This document shows positions 20,589-30,575 of a stretch of DNA of 64,000 nt, piece by piece; within the stretch, counting starts at the first letter, position 1; every line of letters starts with the position of its first letter. The notes beneath the pieces are model-generated. The model did no database searches and had not been told where the DNA came from. It saw only the letters and a program-made list of their open reading frames with translations. The position numbers were made by a program, and so were the translations under genes. The DNA is taken from NCBI GenBank assembly GCA_039030515.1, contig JBCCEA010000002.1, forward strand, positions 128,001-192,000, given 5' to 3'. The stretch is from Myxococcota bacterium (lineage in GTDB: Bacteria > Myxococcota_A > Polyangia > Polyangiales > Houyiibacteriaceae).

Positions 20589-21054
20589 AAAGCGGCTGTT
20601 TGGGCCGACTCAGCGACCACACTCCAGCGGGCCTAGGTTGGTTCAAACAGCCAGCGCCCACGAAGCGCAGGAGTGAAGGCGTACTTCGAGTACGTTGAGG
20701 GACGAGCATCGAAGGCGGATAAACAGGCCGGCTACCCCAGACCTCGGTCCTTCGTTCTGACACATCTCCGACATCGAAGGCGGCAAGCGGCTGTTTGGGC
20801 CGACTCAGCGACCACACTCCAGCGGGCCTAGGTTGGTTCAAACAGCCAGCGCCCCCGTGGCGAGGAGGAGGAGGGTACTCATTGGTACCTGACGACGACG
20901 AGCAACGTGGCAAGCGGCTGTTTGGGCCGACATACGCGTACCCAGCGGGTCTAGGTTGGTTCAAACAGCCAGCGCCCCCGCAGTGAGGAGGAGGAGGGTA
21001 CTCATTGGTACCTGACGACGACGAGCAACGTGGCAAGCGGCTGTTTGGGCCGAC
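20589..21054 (+). repeat. Array of three full and one half 16-bp inverted-repeat (hairpin) units
   Basis: Left arms GGCTGTTTGGGCCGAC at 20594, 20789, 20916, 21039; right arms GTTGGTTCAAACAGCC at 20637, 20832, 20955. Confidence 0.9.
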
Positions 21055-23970
21055 CTAGGCCCGCTGGAGCAGGAAGCGGCCCGTATGACTCCCTGCCACA
21101 CCAACAACCTCTTCAGGCGTGCCGCTCGCCACCAGCGTTCCGCCGCCTTTGCCCCCTTCTGGACCGAGATCGATCACCCAGTCGGTGGCCTGAATGACGT
21201 CGAGATTGTGTTCGACCACCAGCACGGTGTTGCCTAGGTCGACCAGGCGCTGAAGCACCGAGAGAAGCTTTCGGATGTCTTCGAAGTGCAGTCCGGTAGT
21301 CGGTTCGTCGAGCACGTAGAGTGTGCGACCTGTTTGCGCTTTGGCTAGCTCTCGACTCAGCTTGACTCGCTGCGCCTCTCCCCCGCTCATCGTGGGCGCA
21401 GGCTGTCCGATCTTCATGTAGCCGAGCCCCACATCCTGCAGCGTTTGAAGAATCCGGCTCAGCTTTGGATAGGAGGCGAAGAGCTCTCGGCATTCATCGA
21501 CCGAACGGTTCAGGATGTCTGCAATAGAATCGCCGCGGTACCGCACGTTGAGGGTTTGTGCGTTGTAGCGGAGTCCGCCGCAGACCTCGCACGGCACGTA
21601 GACATCGGCCAGAAAATGCATCTCAACGCGAACGGTGCCGTCACCCTGGCAGGCTTCGCAGCGCCCTCCTTTGACATTGAAACTAAAGCGCCCCGCCGAC
21701 CAGCCGAGCTCCCGTGACTCCGGAAGCTGGGCGAAGATCTGACGAATCTCGTCAAACGCTTTGGTGTAGGTGCCTGGATTGCTGCGGGGCGTTCGACCGA
21801 TCGGGCGCTGATCGATCGCGATGACTTTGTCGAGATGCTTGAGGCCGGTGAGTTTTTTGTGCGCGCCCACCGGGTCCGTACCGCCATGAAGCTTGCGGGC
21901 TAGGGCCGGCAAAAGGATCCCGTGCACGAGCGAGCTCTTCCCTGCGCCGCTGACCCCACTCACGCAGACAAATACGCCGAGGGGGATCTCGACATCGATG
22001 CCCTTGAGATTGTTGGCGCGAGCGCCGTGGATCTTTAGCTTTTTGGAAAACGTCCGACGCTGACGCGGGGTCTCGATGCGTCGCCGCCCGGATAAATATT
22101 GACCGGTCAGGCCTTTGGAGCGCAAAAGCGACTTTGGCGTGCCGCTGAACACGACCTGCCCCCCGAGACGGCCGGCACCGGGTCCAAAATCGACGACGTG
22201 ATCGGCCGCGCGAATCGTCTCTTCGTCATGCTCGACGACGATCACCGTATTGCCGAGGTCGCGAAGTCCGAAAAGCGTCTCGATGAGTCGCTGATTGTCC
22301 CGCTGATGTAGCCCGATACTCGGCTCGTCGAGAACGTACATCACTCCGGAAAGCTCACTGCCCAACTGACTGGCGAGTCGGATGCGTTGCGCTTCGCCCC
22401 CGCTCAAGGTGGGACCGGCTCGATCGAGGGTCAGATACTCAAGCCCCACGTCGAGCAAGAAGCGAAGGCGTCCGCTTATCTCGCGGAGCACTCCCTCCGC
22501 GATGCGCGCTTGATTTTCAGAGAGCTCAAGCTGCTGCACGTGCGCATAGGCTTCGGCAACCGTCATCGCGGTGACTTCAGCGATACTCCGCCCCTCGATA
22601 CGCACGCTCAAATGCTCGGGCCTGAGTCTTTTTCCGCCGCAGGCTTCGCACGGTGCATCGACCAAATAGCGGCGGTAGTGTTCACGCATCCGCGTCGAAG
22701 ACGTTTCTTGATAGCGGCGCATCAGGAGATTGAGCACGCCTTCAAACCGAACGCCGAAGGTGCCGTTGCTGCCGGTTTGGGAATCTCCCCAGGTCACCTG
22801 CAAACGCTCGCCGTCGATCCCGTAGAGCACCTGATTCTGGTGCTTCTTGGAGAGCTGGCCAAAAGGAGTGTCTAGATCGACACCAGTCGCTTCGCTCATC
22901 GCCTGGATGATCCGAAACTGCCAGCCTTCCCCCCGCTCCATCGCCGAAGCCCACGGCTTGATGGCACCGTCACGAATCGAGAGCGACCGATCTGGGATCA
23001 CGAGCTCCGGATCTACCGTGGTCACCCGACCAAGCCCGTTGCAGCTCAGGCACATCCCGAGTGGACTGTTGAAGGAAAAGCTCTGCGGGCTCAGCTCCGC
23101 AAAGGCATGACCGCAACACGTTCTCGATTCGCTAAAAGAGCGCGGAGGACCCGACTCCGGCACCACGGTGACCTCGCCCCCGGACTCTCGAAGGGCGAGC
23201 TCGACGCTCTCGGTTAGACGCCGGCGGTTTTCGGGCGAACACGTCACGCGATCGACGACGAGCTCGACGGTGTGTTTGCGTTTCTTGTCGAGGGCAGGAA
23301 CGTCTTCGAGTCGCAGGAGCGCTCCGTCGACGCGAACCCGCGTAAAACCTCGAGCCGCCAGATTCTGAAAGATTTCTCGAAACTCGCCTTTGCGATGCAC
23401 GATAAGAGGTGCCAACACCAAAACTGTCGTGCTTTGCTCAGATTGCTGGATATCAGAGACGATTTCGGGCGCGGTACGCCCTTGGACGAGACTTCCGCAG
23501 TGGTGGCAAAACTGCTGTCCAGCGCGCGCATAGAGCACCCGCAGGTAGTCGTAGATTTCGGTGATCGTGCCTACCGTCGAGCGGGGATTGCCGGAAGCCG
23601 CCTTTTGCTCGATGGCGATGGTGGGCGAAAGTCCTCGAATGTGTTCCACCTCCGGTCGGTCGAGGCGCCCCAAGAACTGCCGCGCATAGGCACTCAGGCT
23701 CTCGACGTAGCGCCGCTGTCCCTCGGCATACAGGGTATCGAAAGCGAGGCTCGATTTGCCGGAACCGCTGACCCCGGTAAACACGATCAAAGACTGCTTC
23801 GGCAGGGTTAGGGCGGGGACTTGGAGGTTGTGCTCCTGGGCGCCGATGATTTCGATCTGGCGGAGGTCTCGGGATCGGGATGAGTTTTGAACGTGGCGGT
23901 CTCGATGCGCCGCAGCCTTTGCGTTTTGACGGGCGTCACCATTAGCGCCCTTTGCTCGCTTGCTCGCCAT
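21055..23970 (-). CDS. uvrA: Excinuclease ABC subunit A
   Basis: Two ABC ATPase modules (TGVSGSGKSSLAFDT, LSGGEAQRIRLA, GVSGAGKSSL, LDEPTTGLH) and Zn fingers. Confidence 0.98.
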   Translation of the reverse strand: MASKRAKGANGDARQNAKAAAHRDRHVQNSSRSRDLRQIEIIGAQEHNLQVPALTLPKQSLIVFTGVSGSGKSSLAFDTLYAEGQRRYVESLSAYARQFLGRLDRPEVEHIRGLSPTIAIEQKAASGNPRSTVGTITEIYDYLRVLYARAGQQFCHHCGSLVQGRTAPEIVSDIQQSEQSTTVLVLAPLIVHRKGEFREIFQNLAARGFTRVRVDGALLRLEDVPALDKKRKHTVELVVDRVTCSPENRRRLTESVELALRESGGEVTVVPESGPPRSFSESRTCCGHAFAELSPQSFSFNSPLGMCLSCNGLGRVTTVDPELVIPDRSLSIRDGAIKPWASAMERGEGWQFRIIQAMSEATGVDLDTPFGQLSKKHQNQVLYGIDGERLQVTWGDSQTGSNGTFGVRFEGVLNLLMRRYQETSSTRMREHYRRYLVDAPCEACGGKRLRPEHLSVRIEGRSIAEVTAMTVAEAYAHVQQLELSENQARIAEGVLREISGRLRFLLDVGLEYLTLDRAGPTLSGGEAQRIRLASQLGSELSGVMYVLDEPSIGLHQRDNQRLIETLFGLRDLGNTVIVVEHDEETIRAADHVVDFGPGAGRLGGQVVFSGTPKSLLRSKGLTGQYLSGRRRIETPRQRRTFSKKLKIHGARANNLKGIDVEIPLGVFVCVSGVSGAGKSSLVHGILLPALARKLHGGTDPVGAHKKLTGLKHLDKVIAIDQRPIGRTPRSNPGTYTKAFDEIRQIFAQLPESRELGWSAGRFSFNVKGGRCEACQGDGTVRVEMHFLADVYVPCEVCGGLRYNAQTLNVRYRGDSIADILNRSVDECRELFASYPKLSRILQTLQDVGLGYMKIGQPAPTMSGGEAQRVKLSRELAKAQTGRTLYVLDEPTTGLHFEDIRKLLSVLQRLVDLGNTVLVVEHNLDVIQATDWVIDLGPEGGKGGGTLVASGTPEEVVGVAGSHTGRFLLQRA

Positions 23971-23979
23971 CTGAAGACG

Positions 23980-24462
23980 TTATTGAGCGTTGACCGCGGC
24001 ACAAAAACCACGCCCTTCAACCCGATTTTCGCGCATGACGGCGATGGGCACGCCGCCGTCCGCGGTGACCAGGGAACCATCGCCGGTGACTCCGAAGTAC
24101 ACGCCGCCCTCCTGCAGCAACAGGCGCGGTTCGTCTTGGTTGTCGGAATCCAAGCAGGCGTATCCGGCACCGCTGCGGCATCCTCCATTGTTGCGGCATG
24201 ACTTCATGCAGTAGGTTTGCGAAAGGCGTTCGGGCTCTGGACGCCACTCCACGCAAATGCTGCTTCCCGGACAGGTACCCGGATCGCATCCGATCACCGT
24301 GCAGTAACCTCCGGGCTGCGCCGTATCGCACACTCGGGTGCCCTCTACCGAGCAGTCCGTCGAATTCGAGCAGCTATCGCCGATCGATGGCGAGCAAGCG
24401 AGACAGAGTACGCCCATCAGAGGGGCCACGAATACGCACATGTACGCACGAGCTGGAGGCAT
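23980..24462 (-). CDS. Cys-rich putative lipoprotein
   Basis: LCLAC lipobox-like signal; IGDSC..STDC, PGGYCT, many Cys; start uncertain. Confidence 0.7.
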   Translation of the reverse strand: MPPARAYMCVFVAPLMGVLCLACSPSIGDSCSNSTDCSVEGTRVCDTAQPGGYCTVIGCDPGTCPGSSICVEWRPEPERLSQTYCMKSCRNNGGCRSGAGYACLDSDNQDEPRLLLQEGGVYFGVTGDGSLVTADGGVPIAVMRENRVEGRGFCAAVNAQ

Positions 24463-24536
24463 GGGGCGCGGAACATAGCAGGCCCATCAACCCGCCGCCG
24501 TGAAGAACGCAGCATCCAAGTTGAACCTCTCTCCCC

Positions 24537-24745
24537 CGGCAACGCCGTACCCGCGGCGAACCGTACCCGGTAGGGTGGGCGAACTCCCGCGACGAAACGT
24601 ACCCAGTACGGGTTGTCCTGGACTCGATCTGGACTCTGACTCGGCAACGCCGTACCCAGTACGGTTTGTCCTGGACTCGATCTGGACTTCGCCAGGACTG
24701 ACCGGCAACGCCGTACCCGATCTGGTCTTGGACTGGTCTTGGACT
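24537..24745. repeat. Cluster of CGGCAACGCCGTACCC and CGTACCCAGTACGG-TTGTCCTGGAC units (REP-like)
   Basis: cggcaacgccgtaccc x3; cgtacccagtacggNttgtcctggactcgatctggact x2; ctggtcttgga x2. Confidence 0.85.
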
Positions 24746-25821
24746 CAAGCGGGCCGGTTGGGCGGTGCATGGTCTCGGAGACGACGACATAGGGCAGATC
24801 CCGTTCGTCGCAGGCCGAAACTCCCTCCGACATCCCTAGTGCACTCGCCACTCTGAACCGCATGCCGAATCGCTTGCTGCAGCCTCAGCTCTTCTTCCGG
24901 GTAACCGAGATGCGCGAGCAGCATCCCCACCGCCAGGACCGTGGCGAAGGGGTTGGCTACATCTTGATTCGCCAGCGGAGGCGCACTCCCGTGGACCGGC
25001 TCGCACATCGCGATGCCGCCGGGCCGGATGTTGGCGCTGGCGGCCATGCCCAAGCCTCCCTGAAGGGCCGCTCCGAGGTCGGTGAGAATGTCACCGAATA
25101 GATTGCAGGTCACGACCACGTCAAACTGCGACGGGTCCTGTACCAGATGAAAGCACATCGCATCGACGAAAAGATGCTCCGCCTCGACTTCGGGGTAATC
25201 GAGCCGCACCTCGTGAAATACCCGCAACCAGAGTTCATGTGCGTGCTGCATGGCGTTGTGCTTGTCGACCATGTGCAAGCGGCGACCTCGATCATCGCGG
25301 GCGTACGTAAATGCTGCCCGCAGGATTCGCTCGACTCCCTTGCGGGTGTTGATGTCTTCGCTGATCGCGATCTCGTCCGGGGTCCCACGTTTGAACTGTC
25401 CACCCACCCCGACGTAGATCCCCTCCGTGTTCTCTCGAAAGACAACCAAATCACAGTCTGAGGCGGCCCGACCCCGAAGGGGCATCAGGGAATCATCCAA
25501 ACAGTGAACCGGTCGGATATTGCAGTACAGATCGAGCCCGAACCGCAATCCAAAGAGAATATCGCGGGCATGACGCATGTCGGGAACACGGGGATCGCCG
25601 AGCGCTCCCAGCAAGATACCGTCGCAGGTCTGGATCTCGGCAGCGATCTCCTCAGGAAAGGTGGTGCCATCGCGCAGATACCGCTCTGCACCCAAATCGA
25701 GCTCGATGAGCTCGAGCGGAATTGCCCGCTGCTCCGCCACCAGGCGCAAGACCTCGAGACCCACGGAGATCACCTCCGGACCGATGCCGTCTCCACCGAG
25801 CACTGCGATTCGCTTTGTCAC
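24745..25821 (-). CDS. leuB: 3-isopropylmalate dehydrogenase family (LeuB type 2-like)
   Basis: GDGIGPEV, LYCNIRP, RENTEG.Y, NLFGDILTD, EPVHGSAP; substrate not certain. Confidence 0.75.
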   Translation of the reverse strand: MTKRIAVLGGDGIGPEVISVGLEVLRLVAEQRAIPLELIELDLGAERYLRDGTTFPEEIAAEIQTCDGILLGALGDPRVPDMRHARDILFGLRFGLDLYCNIRPVHCLDDSLMPLRGRAASDCDLVVFRENTEGIYVGVGGQFKRGTPDEIAISEDINTRKGVERILRAAFTYARDDRGRRLHMVDKHNAMQHAHELWLRVFHEVRLDYPEVEAEHLFVDAMCFHLVQDPSQFDVVVTCNLFGDILTDLGAALQGGLGMAASANIRPGGIAMCEPVHGSAPPLANQDVANPFATVLAVGMLLAHLGYPEEELRLQQAIRHAVQSGECTRDVGGSFGLRRTGSALCRRLRDHAPPNRPA

Positions 25822-25955
25822 CGCAGGACGCTAACACCAGCTGGCGAAAGAGCCCGAATAAGCCAGCATTCTGACCGGATAGGCATGTCCATCCTTGACA
25901 CAGCCGCCGATGCAGGTGAGCTTCAAAGAATGGTCGTGAGGCGCCAGCCGGGCCC

Positions 25956-26861
25956 ATGAACTTCGTTGCCGCAGGTCTTTCGGACGTTGGACTCCAGCGC
26001 GAAGTCAACGAGGATAGCTTTTGCATCCTGCCCAACCACCGTTTGTTTATCGTGGCAGACGGGATGGGCGGTCATCGGGCGGGAGATGTCGCCAGCAAGA
26101 TGGCCACTCGGTCGATCTCGAGTTTCTTCCAGGAAACGACCGAACTTGATGATTCCACCTGGCCCTTTCATTTCGACCCGCATCTCACGATCGACGAAAA
26201 TCGCCTGGTCGCTGGCATAAAGCTCGCCAACCGGCAGATTTTCGACGCTTCCACCAAAGATCGCGAAGTTCACGGCATGGGAACTACCGTGGTGGGCGCG
26301 CTCTACTCGCGAGAGCAGCGGCGTTTGTACGTGGCGCATGTGGGCGACAGCCGGGCCTACCGGATTCGAAAGGGCGAGATCAAACTGCTCACCCGCGACC
26401 ATTCACTGATCAACGATTATTTGCTCGTCATGCCCGATATGACCGACGAGCAGATGGAGGAGCTGCCGAAAAACGTCATCACCCGTGCGCTCGGAATGCA
26501 AGATTCGGTAGCGGTCGACCTAGCACCCGATGAACCAGAGCAAGGCGACGTCTATGTCCTGTGTTCCGACGGCCTTAGCGGCATGGTCTCAGACGAAGAC
26601 ATCGCCAGAGTCGTAGGCTCCACCGGGGACGACCCAGAACAAACCGCCAAAGAGCTTGTACGTCAGGCGAACGAAAACGGCGGAGAGGACAACGTCACGG
26701 TGGTGGTGCTCCAGTTTCTAAGTAGCGGCCGAGAACAACCCCAGGAAGACGAGACAACCCAAGAGATTCCAGATCCCCGCTTTGCGGAAACCACCGCGAT
26801 GAAGGCGGTGCGCTTTGAAGACGAAGACCCGAGCGGCAGTTCGTCTGGTTTCAAGGGATGA
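25956..26861 (+). CDS. PP2C-family Ser/Thr phosphatase (Stp1-like)
   Basis: R..NED, VADGMGGH, GMGTT, HVGDSRAY, LCSDGL, GGEDNVT. Confidence 0.93.
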   Translation: MNFVAAGLSDVGLQREVNEDSFCILPNHRLFIVADGMGGHRAGDVASKMATRSISSFFQETTELDDSTWPFHFDPHLTIDENRLVAGIKLANRQIFDASTKDREVHGMGTTVVGALYSREQRRLYVAHVGDSRAYRIRKGEIKLLTRDHSLINDYLLVMPDMTDEQMEELPKNVITRALGMQDSVAVDLAPDEPEQGDVYVLCSDGLSGMVSDEDIARVVGSTGDDPEQTAKELVRQANENGGEDNVTVVVLQFLSSGREQPQEDETTQEIPDPRFAETTAMKAVRFEDEDPSGSSSGFKG

Positions 26862-26981
26862 ATCCGCGACTCTTTGAGGAAGACTCATCCCCCAAAAGCC
26901 AGCAGGGAAAAGTCAGCCGAAAAATTCACCCGCGCCTCTTGTAGCTTTGCTTGGGACGCGGTTACATCGCGGGCAGCAGCG

Positions 26982-27980
26982 ATGAACAAAACCAACGCCC
27001 ACCTGGGTCTTCTTCAGCCCATCGTTTCACTTCGAACTCGAGCACTTGAGCAGCTCACTCTGCTTCAACTTCGCCCGCAAGCACGCGATGCGATCACGGA
27101 GTACGCGACATCCTGTCTGGGCCTTCATCGAGGCGAGGATGCGATCGAAGCCGGCGATCCGAGCGAGGTCGAATTGTTTCGAGTAGGCGACGAGGTTCGA
27201 GCGCACGTCACCGCGTTCCGCCGAGACACTTCGATCACCGCGTTGACGGTCGATCATCGGCTCGGAGACGAAGAAGCCATCGCTTGGACCCAGGCGACCC
27301 TGTCCTGGTTAATTCCGGAACTCGATGAGCCTCTCGAGATCGAGTTGACTTCAGCCTATCGGCATCTGCTGCCAAGCTTTGCTCAGCAAGGCATCGTACC
27401 AAAGTCCGTCACGCAGATCGGCATACCGGATCGAGCGCTGCATCGACTTCTCAACCAGGGCAGCGAAGCAGACGTCGATAGATTCAGGCTGCCCGAAGGA
27501 TACGCGCTTCAGATCCAAAGCGAGACTCACCTCGGTGAGGTACTAAGGCTGCGCGACCGAGTCGGCTACGAGACCCGTCACGAAGTCGGGGAGTGTGCGC
27601 GTTCCAAGGCGATGTGCTGGGTAGTCCTGAATCAGGAGCAGGTCGTGGGGAACGTACAGGTACACGTACGGGACGATCCCTATTGGGGACGTACCGCCGA
27701 ACTCGACCTCGTTCTTGCTCCGGAGCATTGGAGACCGAGCCTTCTAGGCGCCGCTTATGAAAGAGCGCTGAGGGCTGCAGTGCAGACGGGAGCCGAATGC
27801 GTCCGAAACCGGACGTCGCAACCGGAGACATTCAAGCTGGGACATCTCTGCAGTCTCGTCGTTGAAGCCTACAACCTGCACAGAATCAGAGCGTTCGACT
27901 CCGAATACCGAGCAACACACCTGAAGACCGATCGGCTTGCGCCTCCGCAAGAGCGCTTTCGACCCTTTGCGCGCCCATAG
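26982..27980 (+). CDS. Hypothetical protein, possibly degenerate tandem GNAT-like fold
   Basis: Long ORF between same-strand genes; weak GNAT-like segment (ELDLVLAPEHWR...GAAYERAL..A...GA). Confidence 0.5.
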   Translation: MNKTNAHLGLLQPIVSLRTRALEQLTLLQLRPQARDAITEYATSCLGLHRGEDAIEAGDPSEVELFRVGDEVRAHVTAFRRDTSITALTVDHRLGDEEAIAWTQATLSWLIPELDEPLEIELTSAYRHLLPSFAQQGIVPKSVTQIGIPDRALHRLLNQGSEADVDRFRLPEGYALQIQSETHLGEVLRLRDRVGYETRHEVGECARSKAMCWVVLNQEQVVGNVQVHVRDDPYWGRTAELDLVLAPEHWRPSLLGAAYERALRAAVQTGAECVRNRTSQPETFKLGHLCSLVVEAYNLHRIRAFDSEYRATHLKTDRLAPPQERFRPFARP

Positions 27981-28023
27981 GCTTTTGCTACGCACACAAA
28001 CTGCATCTGAGGAGCAGCATACC

Positions 28024-28527
28024 GTGATCGAGTTTACCATTCATCATACGTTCGGCGTGGATGCCGGGACCTTCTGGGACAGGACCTTTATGGATCCCGA
28101 GTTCAACCGAAAACTCTATCTCGAGCATCTCGGTTTTGTGGACTACGAGGTCTTGGAGGATACCCGCGCAGAAAACGGCACCCTGAAGCGTCGCGTGCGG
28201 GGTACCCCGAAAGCGGAAGCACCCAAGGTCATTCAAAAACTGGTTGGCGACAACACAACCTATGTCGAAGAGGGAGACTACGACGGTTCCAGATACCGCT
28301 TTCGTATTCTCTCAGGACAACTTGGCGACAAGATCCAGATCTCTGGTGAAATGTGGGTCGATGCGAAGGGCGAAGACGCGTGCGAACGCTGCGTTCGGAT
28401 GTCGGTTCAGGTCAACATCTTTGGGGTAGGCAAGATGGTGGAGGGGTTCGTAGAAAAGAAGACGCGCGAGAGCTACGACAAGGGAGCGGAGTTCACGCGC
28501 AGTTACCTCGCCAACCCCCAAGCCTAA
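28024..28527 (+). CDS. DUF2505/SRPBCC (START-like) family protein
   Basis: GAGGAG SD then GTG; FW...F.D.EFN..LY, V.V.IFGVG..VE.F pattern. Confidence 0.7.
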   Translation: MIEFTIHHTFGVDAGTFWDRTFMDPEFNRKLYLEHLGFVDYEVLEDTRAENGTLKRRVRGTPKAEAPKVIQKLVGDNTTYVEEGDYDGSRYRFRILSGQLGDKIQISGEMWVDAKGEDACERCVRMSVQVNIFGVGKMVEGFVEKKTRESYDKGAEFTRSYLANPQA

Positions 28528-28617
28528 CCCGACTGAGCACCCCAAAGACCCCGCTGGGCCAAACCGCTGGGCCGAGCCTCGAATCGTTCGACACCGGCAC
28601 TCTGAGACATCGATAGC

Positions 28618-28674
28618 CGCATTCGTGCTGGCTGGTCGCATTCGTACTAGCTGGCCGCATTCGTGCTGGCTGGT
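28618..28674. repeat. Three 19-bp tandem units cgcattcgt(g/a)ct(g/a)gctgg(t/c)
   Basis: Read directly; lies at a convergent gene junction. Confidence 0.85.
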
Positions 28675-28679
28675 CGCGC

Positions 28680-30428
28680 CTAGTCTCCGGCCGGCGCGCC
28701 ACCCTTGCGCGGATCGCTCGCCGCGATCAGTCGGCCCCGCTCACGATCGATGTAGATGAGCTGGACGACCGCATTGTGATGTACCTCCTGCAGCGCATGT
28801 CCGCGGGCTTCGAGATCGGCGCTCCAAGCATCGGATAGCGGCGCAAACTCCTCAACCCTAAGCCGATTTGGATCGCCTTGATGATGTACGCGACCCGCGG
28901 CGATCGCCTCTCCGGGTTCCATGCCGAGCACGAGCAGGTTTAGCGCGACCTGCTCCGTTGCGGTAATGATCCGGCTCCCTCCTGCAGCGCCCACACAGAG
29001 CACCGGACCCCGAGCGTCGAAGACGATGGTGGGCGACATACTGGAAACGGGTCGCTTCCCCGGTGCGGGTAGATTGGGGGCACCACCGCGCAAACCAAAG
29101 GCGTTCGCCGCTCCGACGGCGCGAGCAAAGTCATCCATCTCGTCGTTCATCACCATCCCGGCCGCGGTGTAGCGGGCTCCAAAAGGGAGATTGATGGTGG
29201 TCGTTACCGAGGCCACGTTGCCGTCCGCATCGACCACGCAGAGATGCGACGTGCCTCCACCGTCCGGCACCGCGACCGATGGATCTTCCGGGTGGAGAGG
29301 AACGTCGAACCGGGAGGCCGGCATCGACAAGCTCGGGTGATAGGCTTGGGCGCGCTGGTCGAGCCGATCGGATGCGCCCATCGCAGCGAGGGGCACCCGC
29401 ACATGGTCGGGATCTCCAAAGTAGCGGGCACGGTCGAGGTAGGGGCCCTTCCACGACTCTGCAAGCGCATGCAAAAAACGCGGTCCGGCCCGACGAGCAG
29501 CAACCGGTACCCAAAGCTCCAAGAGAGCAAGACTCTGCAGCATGGTAAACCCTCCGGCGCTGGGCGGAGGCGCGGTGACAAACCGGAAGCCCAGGTAGTC
29601 GCCCGTGAGCGGCTCCCGTTCTGCAGTCCGGTAGGACGCGAGGTCTTCTAGGGTAAAGAGCCCACCGGCTCGCCGATTGGATGCCGCGATCGCCTCGGCG
29701 ATCGCACCTGTGTACACGGCGGCAGCCCCGCCATCAGCAAAGGCCTGCAGCGTACGTGCAAGTTCAGGCTGACGTAAGGTCTGACCTGCGCGGAGCCCTC
29801 CAGAGTCCGCTTCAAACCAGCGGGCCATCACCGGGTCCTGGCGCATTTGGTCGGCAAAATGCTGGCTCATCCGCGCGACGTAGGGGGTCACCTCCATACC
29901 CTCAGCAGCCAGCCGCAGAGCGGGCGCCACGACAAGGTTCCGGTCGATGCGACCAAACCGGCGCAACATCTCGTCGATTCCGGCAGGTTCACCGGGAACT
30001 CCCGAGGCAAGCCCTCCGATCTGTGAGGGTCGCGCAAGAGGACCTTCCGCAACGTGGTCCGGAGCCTCGACAAACATCGAAGGGGATGCAGCGCCCGGGG
30101 CTCGCTCTCGAAAATCGAGAAAAGTGGCTTTTTTTGCCTCGGCATCCCAATAGAGGAGAAATCCTCCCCCGCCCAAACCGCTCGACCCCGGACTGGTCAC
30201 GCCGAGCGCAAGCATGGCCGCAGCGGCGCCGTCTGCTGCGCTGCCTCCAGCAGACAGCACCTCACGAGCCGCTTCAGACGCCTGAGCACTGTCGGTCGCG
30301 ACCGCGTAGCGCTCGTACATTCTTGCGCCGAGGCCTTCTGATTGCTGCGCTTCCGGCTGCTGCGCTTCTGCTGAACCGTGGCCGAGCCAGATCAGGACTG
30401 CTGCCAGAACACGTGTCGGCGTCTTCAC
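28680..30428 (-). CDS. ggt: Gamma-glutamyltransferase
   Basis: SGLGGGGF, LDFRERAP, GVPG, autocleavage site GTSHLCVVD..GN..S.TTTIN, NDEMDDF, RPVSSMSPT, SDPRKGG; start set at GTG 30428. Confidence 0.93.
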   Translation of the reverse strand: MKTPTRVLAAVLIWLGHGSAEAQQPEAQQSEGLGARMYERYAVATDSAQASEAAREVLSAGGSAADGAAAAMLALGVTSPGSSGLGGGGFLLYWDAEAKKATFLDFRERAPGAASPSMFVEAPDHVAEGPLARPSQIGGLASGVPGEPAGIDEMLRRFGRIDRNLVVAPALRLAAEGMEVTPYVARMSQHFADQMRQDPVMARWFEADSGGLRAGQTLRQPELARTLQAFADGGAAAVYTGAIAEAIAASNRRAGGLFTLEDLASYRTAEREPLTGDYLGFRFVTAPPPSAGGFTMLQSLALLELWVPVAARRAGPRFLHALAESWKGPYLDRARYFGDPDHVRVPLAAMGASDRLDQRAQAYHPSLSMPASRFDVPLHPEDPSVAVPDGGGTSHLCVVDADGNVASVTTTINLPFGARYTAAGMVMNDEMDDFARAVGAANAFGLRGGAPNLPAPGKRPVSSMSPTIVFDARGPVLCVGAAGGSRIITATEQVALNLLVLGMEPGEAIAAGRVHHQGDPNRLRVEEFAPLSDAWSADLEARGHALQEVHHNAVVQLIYIDRERGRLIAASDPRKGGAPAGD

Positions 30429-30575
30429 CGAGCGACTGCGTAAATTCAAAGAGGAACCGTGTATATTCACAGGGCCACCATGCACCGAGTGCGCTGAGCG
30501 CTCCAGTCAACGCTCGGAAAAGCCGCTCGAGAAAACACCTGCTCTTGGCGCGGTTGCTTCCGGATGATACGGCTC

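Noticed and set aside
20554..21036. 160-aa ORF in the repeat region
   Set aside because: It is only the translation of the DNA repeats; no protein-like features
20589..21054. CRISPR array
   Set aside because: Units are long hairpins with duplicated, unequal linkers; no unique equal-length spacers and no cas genes in the window
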